In this document: positions 56,261 through 64,000 of the stretch, in pieces
How positions within the stretch are numbered: position 1 is the first letter of the stretch
How the letters are laid out: every line of letters begins with the position of its first letter
NCBI GenBank assembly: GCA_951406725.2
Contig: OX597814.1
Span: forward strand, 15,872,001 to 15,936,000
Length of the DNA stretch: 64,000 nt
Direction: 5' to 3'
Source: Octopus vulgaris
Taxonomy: Eukaryota
Made by a program: the position numbers and the translations under genes
Notes under the pieces: generated by a model
What the model was told of the DNA's origin: nothing
The model's database searches: none
What the model saw: only the letters and a program-made list of their open reading frames with translations

Positions 56261-58289
56261 ATTTACAAGCTAATTCACTGATTTATTAAAATCACAAGGC
56301 CTAGATAATGGGGGCGCGATGTGGTAATAAAGCTACAGCATACGAGTAGTAGCCGATTCTAAACAGCATTTTGCTGAAATCTTCAGAGACAATAGTGCGA
56401 TTGAAAGGTAGTCGACGTTTGTATCTAACTCGGAAACTTGCTGCAAAACAATACATGTGAGTTGTTACGAAAACTGATAACAGCAATTGAGAATCAAGCA
56501 ACTGTGACAACTTGTACGAAAGGCATATCGGCCGGTTTGTGTGGTCTGCCATCTGACAGTTATTAACATATGGCAGAATTGCTCACCAATGCTTTGGCAG
56601 ACGTCTGCTGCAACTGGCCGCACAACGCGTTTCACCATAATGAAACGAGAAGTGAAAGCACTTCTATAAAATGCTGCCTGCAAAGGAAACATAATCGGTA
56701 ATTTTCAGCCCATAACTTTGCTAAATATAGAGTTTAGATTTGGGCTCAGTTGCTAGCCGTCGGTCATTTAATTGATAATGCACAAAAATATATGTTCAAT
56801 CGAAACCACATCTACGACTAACAACCTTCAACCTTCACCACATCTGATGTATCATAGATGGAGTACATAAAGCATTAGGTTCAATGCTTTCTAATCAATT
56901 TTAATTACTCGTAGTCTTTCGATATGGTCATCTAAATGTTATTTGGCGGCTTTCTCATAACGGTCTATTTCGGTTATGTTTCAAAGGCTGGATCGCAGCG
57001 GCGTAAGGTGTCATGTTTCCACTCATCAGGCACTCGGTCTGCTATGGGTGTTCTCTCTTTTTGCCTCCACAAAAATAATTCCATAGCAGCTGTGGTGTGA
57101 CAACAGACATTTTTGACGGTGAAGAAGTGTGATCTTCGTCTGTAAATCTCAAGTAAAGACCAAGAGTGGTTGCCTGGAATCTGCTACGTTGTCAGGCGTT
57201 TAGCGCTGTCTTATAGGGTAATGTGGGAGACGAAAGATCTACATAAGCAAATCTCAAGACTACAAAACAGTGATTACGTCTCCGGGGAAGATCTGGGCAT
57301 CTAACAAAATGAACTGAATGATCAGTTTAGGAGAAGGAGAAGCTTTGGGTCGATTCCAGAAATGTTTGTACTACTGAAGGTCCAAAGTTTTTAGAGATAA
57401 GCTGTACTACCGAAGGTCCAAGCTTTTTCGAGATAAACTCAACAAGCACGAGAGGACATCAGATGAACTTGTCCGAGATAGGTGCAGTGCGATGAAACCG
57501 TTCTGCAAGCATACATTCAGTGTCGTGAAATTACTGAATAGGAGAGTTATTGGAAGCAGCTGTTGTCAAGTGTATGGCAAATTCCACTACCGACTGAACC
57601 AATCATGACAATAGCTAAGAACGCTTTCTTTAAAGACAGGCAATTTTCCTCTGACTGCGATAAACAATAGTGAAGCAATGTTTGTAGTTAAAAGGGTGGG
57701 GCGAAGGACAAAAGAGGAGCGCTTTCCATTTCCTGTAATACTATCGTCACTTGGACAGGAAAATTAAAGGAGAGAAGTAGGAACTCATCTTCAGTAAATC
57801 TATAAAAGGTGAATGTCAGCGGTGAAAAGGACAGCAGTGAATGGATCGGCTTTCAACCAGCACTTGTAGGCCGAAAAGCGACAGTCGTTGAACGGGTGTT
57901 ACAATTAGTGCGCTGTAACGGGTGTTACAATTAGTGCGTTGTTTGAACTTAAACTTCGGGGTTCCTTATTTGGTTCTGGTCGAGGTCCACGTGCATTATA
58001 AGAAAGGTGTAATCCTTTCTCATCATACTTTGAATATATTGAATTTCACACGATTTTTTCCCTCCTTTGACTTTGGTTTCTCGTTCAATTTCTATATAAC
58101 ACTCCACACTTTAGATAGTCTGTTCCAAAGAAATCATGATCATGATCATGATGATGATCATCATCATGATCATCATCACCATTATTCCTTCGTAACACAG
58201 TGTAGGTAAAAATGCACTGGAGACGTTAGTCATCTGCTTTAAGATGTGCACTGTGCCCAATAAGGCTGCTTTTTACTAGACATCAATCT

Positions 58290-58786
58290 TGCATTGGATT
58301 TCCAGATGTGCGTGCAGCTGAGAGGGGAAATCGTCGAATCACCATCCATCCGTGAGTTATCAGAGTATGTGCAGATTAGTTACGGTTCAGCTCAGTCCAT
58401 TATCACTGAAGATTTGGGTATGAGACGCGTGTCTACCAACTTTGTGCCAAAACTGCTTTCAACGGATCAAAAAGACACTCTGGTTTCAGTTGCACAAGAT
58501 CATGAGTGTGTCGGTAACGATGGAAACTTTTGAGCAGGTTTCACCAAGCTTAGTGCAAAATTCGATGCAAATTCTCTGCTCAGCTTTCTCTATCATGGTC
58601 AATGAGACGAAAACACGCTACACACCTTCCTTCCAAGCACTGCTATTAACTGCGGGAGTGAGCTAAAGCGTTAAAACTTAGTGCGCATCCACAGCAGAGA
58701 TCAAGGTCAATCCGTGCGGCTTCACTCTGCGTGTTTGAGCTTCGTTACTATGGCGACATCCAGATACTTATTGATCAGTTCACGTA
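58290..58786 (+). mobile_element. Internally deleted mariner relic with a TIR-like right end
   Basis: SIRELSEYVQISYGSAQSIITEDLGMRRVSTNFVPKLLSTDQK; terminus ATCCAGATACTTATTGATCAGTTCACG|TA. Confidence 0.78.
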
Positions 58787-59002
58787 TAAAACTATGTGTG
58801 TATATGTGTGTGTGTGTATGGCATTAACACTCGCATACGTGTTCGTGAGTATGGATGCGAGTGTTAATGCCATGTGTGTCACTGTTCGTGTACACACGCG
58901 CCAACACATGCATACACACACACACACATATACACACATAGTTTTATACGTGAACTGATCAATAAGTATCTGGATGTTGCCATAGTAACGAAGCTCAAAC
59001 AC
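58731..59002. repeat. Inverted duplication of about 90 bp with a nested inner hairpin
   Basis: 58731-58818 is the reverse complement of about 58911-59002; inner ATGGCATTAACACTCGCAT/ATGCGAGTGTTAATGCCAT. Confidence 0.88.
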
Positions 59003-59211
59003 ACACTTGGATTCATGTATACAAAGACATATACATATATGTGTGTACAACATATACTCTCCATCATAGTCTTTCTCAGTCTGTGTATGTTTCTCTATGT
59101 TGTGCAATTCATGTGAAATAAAACTGCTCTTGCGTTTGTTTGTATGCATATGTGTGTGAGTGTATATATACATGAATGTATGTTATGTGTTTTGCGAAGA
59201 AGATAATGATA

Positions 59212-59244
<33 letters not shown>

Positions 59245-59287
59245 TAGATATATATACTATCCACACGCTCATATATATACATAACTA

Positions 59288-59427
<140 letters not shown>

Positions 59428-59511
59428 TAGGTGTTTATATAGTAGAAGTGAATAGTTTAGAATATTTGAAAAGACGTGTCATACACACTCTCAAATGCAC
59501 ACAGACTCTGT

Positions 59512-59547
<36 letters not shown>

Positions 59548-59906
59548 TACACACACACACACATACTCCATTCCCACACAAACAAGCGCTTCCACCCAAA
59601 TATAATCATTTTTGCACACAAACAAGACAAAACAATTACCGAAACAAGGAAGGAACCAAGTAAACAAGACAAAAAATAAAAAAAAGAATAAAAAATAAAT
59701 AGTAAACTAAAGCAAAGAAAATCCCAAAACAAAAAGTTTTTGAAAAGATTAGACAAAGAAAGGAGAAACTGAATGGGCTGGAAAAGAAAATATTTTAAAA
59801 AATGGCAAGTAGTAGGTATAATTGAAATATAGAAAAATATATTAGACTATGTACATGCGTCTTTGGCTCTAAATATGTAGCTATATATATATATATACAA
59901 ACACAC

Positions 59907-59938
<32 letters not shown>

Positions 59939-60694
59939 GTGTGTATATACAAACACACATATATATATATACATATGTGCGTGTATATATATATATATAT
60001 GCTTGTATGGGTCTATAAGTTTTTATATGTGCATGTATATGTGTATGTGTGCATATGTGTATACGCGTGTGTAAATGTACATATATATGCATCGTAGTAT
60101 ATAATTTTATATGAATGTCTGTACATTTGTATGCTTATATGTTGGTAAGTATATATATATGTATGGAAGAATATATTATACGCACAAACATACACACGCA
60201 CGCACACTGACACATATATGTATGTATATATATGTGTAAGCATATATGTATAAATGCATAACTATCTATGTATAAATGTACATATGCTTATCTGTATGTA
60301 GAGTTGCAGGAATATGTAAGTTATTGAGCATGTGTGTGTGTGTGTGTGCGCGCGTGCCAGAGTGTGCCAGAGTGTTTGTGTATGCATGTATGCGTATGCG
60401 TATGTATGTGTGTGTGTGTTTGCGTGTGTAGTGTGTATGCGCGCGTAGATACCTCTCTATGTCATTTCTACTTGGACTTAAATATATTGTTGGATTGTTT
60501 GGCCGTTAATTGATTAAGTTGTTCAAACCTGCAGGTCCATATTACCAATGATATTGTCTGTATTCTATACACTTACTTTAGGGCAGTAAAATGGAAGATT
60601 CTTTTATTTCATTTTACAAACTTTGCAAGTAAACGAATAGAGATATAAACAGACACGAACAAACAAACGGACAAGCATTCACATTGCTAGATAG

Positions 60695-60765
<71 letters not shown>

Positions 60766-60794
60766 CATACATATATATATATACATACATACAT

Positions 60795-60871
<77 letters not shown>

Positions 60872-63230
60872 AGATGTATGTGTGAATGTATTTATGTGTT
60901 TGTGTGTATATGAGTGCATATACATTCAAGGAAAGAATATGTGATGCAGAGAGATAGAGTGGGGGATGTAATGTCGACAGATAATTAAATAGATAGATAT
61001 ACACTGAGTCTTAAAGAGGTAAATAGTAAGATAGATATGTAAATTTAATAGAAAACTAACTAATCGTATAGATTGATATTTATATAGTTAAATAAGAGAA
61101 TACTAAAAGCAAAAAAAAAAAAAATGAAGAATGTTAGGTAAAAAATAAACGAACTCGCAGGCTGAAAGGATGAAATATAAAGAAATAGGCGTATTGAAAT
61201 AAAAAAAAAAGAATTAGAAGACAAAAAGCCAAAATAATTTGGGAGAAATTCAAAGAAAAAAGACTAAATTTCAGTAGAGAGGTAAAGAAAGTGAAGGAGA
61301 CTTCGAATGAAAACGAAGAAATGAATGTTTGAATTGCGAAGTTTATAAAATAAATTCAAATAAAATAAGAATATATATAAATAGAGACAATCAGGTTGAC
61401 AGAGGTTGAAATAAGGAAATATAAAATGTGAAAGCAGGTCGAAAACACGAAATGAACAGCAAGGGAAGAATGTGTGATAAAGACGGAATACGAAAAGAAA
61501 TGGAATTTAAGATAAGATAAAGAGAAGAATAATAAGAATTGAGTAAAGCGAGAAAAGATTTAGAAGAAGAGAGATACTTATAAAAAAAAGAAAGTTGCAA
61601 TGAGGGTGATAGAGAGAGAACTCAGTAGAATATAGTTAGAGAGAAGTTTAAAAGAGAGATAGAGAGAAATAGAGAGAGAGAAAGAGAGAATACACAGAAA
61701 GAGAGAAAGAGAGAAAGAGAGAGAGAGAGATAGAAAGATAGAAGAGAATACACAAATAGATTAACATGTAGCAGAATAATAAAGACAAGATATAAACTAA
61801 CAGTAAAAATAAAAATTGATGGGGGTGGAGGTAAAGAGAGAAAGGGATGAAGATAGAATAATTTAAATGGAAAGACATCAACACCAAATAATAACTAAAA
61901 AAAACCCAGCAAACAACATTAATCGTAATAAAATAAAATAAAACTATTCGTCTGTGATCGAACTTATTGTCAACGAGTAACTTTACGCAAAGAAAGAGAG
62001 TGGGCATTTTAAAGACTTTTTCTATTACGGTCATGAAATGAGTGGAAACAAAATAAACTGAAGCACCAGCATCATCATCATCATTATCCTCACCATCACC
62101 AATAATAACAACATCAACATCGTCATCATCATCGTCATCATCATCATCACCAACAACGTCGCGACCATAGCAATAGCAACATCACCAACGACAAAAAAGT
62201 AAATAAATAAATAAAAACATTATCTACACCATCAGAAATAACAACAAAGCATAAAGGTATATAACACTACACAAATAGCAAAGACTTTCACAAACACACA
62301 ACAACAACATTTCAAAAACAAAGACGAAATTTACACAAAAGAAAAATAAAAACAACACGGAAAATAAAAAAAATACAAAAGTGAATAATAGAAAAATAAA
62401 TTAAGAAATCACGAATCTACTAGAACAAATATCGAATGGTAAATTGGAAAGTATTCTTATTATTGGTTTCATTTATTTATTTACTATTTATTTTGTTGTT
62501 GCTATTGTTGTTGCAGTCCTTGTTTTTTACGCCTTAGCCTCTTCAGGTTTGGTTTTTAAAGTGTCTTTCCTTCTTAGCAGTGTTTATCATAAAAGAATTC
62601 GATACCAAATCTTAATACAGTATTTCCTTCATTCTAGTTTCTTCATCTTTCTCTTTTCCTTCTTACTTTTCATTTTTGTTTTATATTTCAGGTTTTCTTC
62701 ATTACATTTCTCTACCCATTTAAAAAAAAAAACAAACAAAAAACACAAATGCTTTATCTTCATCTGGGATTGCAAAAGTGAGAAACAAATGGTATTGAAA
62801 AACTACTTACATGTGTTCGCAAATGCTCAAGTACGTTAAATTTTTGTTTTCCGATTTTACCGTCATTAAGTACAGGACAGAGGCTTAAATTTAGTTAGAA
62901 ACTTGAAATGCTTCGTGTTCGATTCCAAATACGAAATATTCTACGTTGTGTTTTTATCTGAACTGCTGCAAAACCATTCTTAGAAATATTCATTAAAGTT
63001 ATTGTAATTCAAAGAAACAGTTTACATGGTCTATCTTTGTAAATGTCTACTCAATAAGCTTCACAAATTACAGGAGAACCGTGCACTATTAGAGGAGAGG
63101 TTTGAATATTATTCCTAACTTACCTACTCTTAAGGGTAGGTAATGTTGAAAATTATATGTATATCTATCTGCATATATACATATACACGTATTCACACAT
63201 CCACACATTTACGCGTACACACATACACAT

Positions 63231-63272
<42 letters not shown>

Positions 63273-63544
63273 CATAAATTATTAGAGAGTTAACCACTAT
63301 GTGGATAACTCTAGTGCTAAAAATAGCTCCGAAGCAACCACAGAAGATTTGTTTCCAACTAGAATCAACATACATTTAACGGAAGGAAAGTGAAATACAA
63401 CGAATAAAATAGATTGACCCTGTACAATTGTTTCATTACTAATGTAATATGTAGTTTTACTTACACATACATCTATAAATCTTCGGCAGAGTTTGTCTCA
63501 AATGCAATTAATTGGATCGATTCGAGCGTCAAAAACAATATGTA

Positions 63545-63780
63545 TACCTATTTCTTTATTACCCACAAGGGGCTAAACACAGAGGGGACAAACAAGGACA
63601 GACATAGGTATTAAGTCGATTACATCGACCCCAGTGCGTAACTGGTACTTAATTTATCGACCCCGAAAGGATGAAAGGCAAAGTCGACCTCGGCGGTATT
63701 TGAACTCACAACGTAACGCAGACGAAATACCGCTAAGCATTTCGCCCGGCGTGCTAACGTTTCTGCCAGCTCGTCGCCTT
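63545..63780 (-). mobile_element. SINE family B, single full copy
   Basis: Same sequence as the units in 11644-12690. Confidence 0.88.
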
Positions 63781-64000
63781 ATATATGTATACCTACCTAC
63801 CTACCTACACTCACACACATACACACGCACACAGACACACACACTTATTGGTTCAGCTCATAAATAATACATTTTTTTTTATACTTCTTTTACTTTTCAA
63901 GATTGAGATAAACAAAGTTCTTTTTTAATCAAAAATATACTCTCCTCCATTTTCCTGGCTCAGGATTTCTGGAATCACCATTGCCAAAGGCGTACGCTTT

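Noticed and set aside
56300-57950. Possible decayed LINE RT (NRPICLS-like) on the minus strand
   Set aside because: A single weak motif; needs a translated search.

Overview
AT-rich, microsatellite-saturated eukaryotic (metazoan) DNA. The SINE families and repeat landscape suggest an octopus/cephalopod genome (inference). I found no credible host exon; almost all listed ORFs are translations of simple repeats. The window contains: a 5'-truncated Penelope-like retroelement (RT + GIY-YIG) with an inverted pseudo-LTR, CR1/L2-type LINE relics, decayed Tc1/mariner transposons, two non-autonomous Helitrons, several tRNA-derived SINE families and a 100-N gap. The main signal is RNA structure: about a dozen type-I hammerhead ribozyme (HHR) motifs from several distinct repeat families. 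The best case is a near-identical 593/594-bp tandem array (18598-20197) with one HHR per unit and an unusually long helix II, a retrozyme/circRNA-like element. There is also a tRNA-headed SINE carrying an HHR, an HHR with a compensatory G3-C8 core swap, and a family that inserts repeatedly into (TAA)n. All folds were derived by eye and none has been tested.
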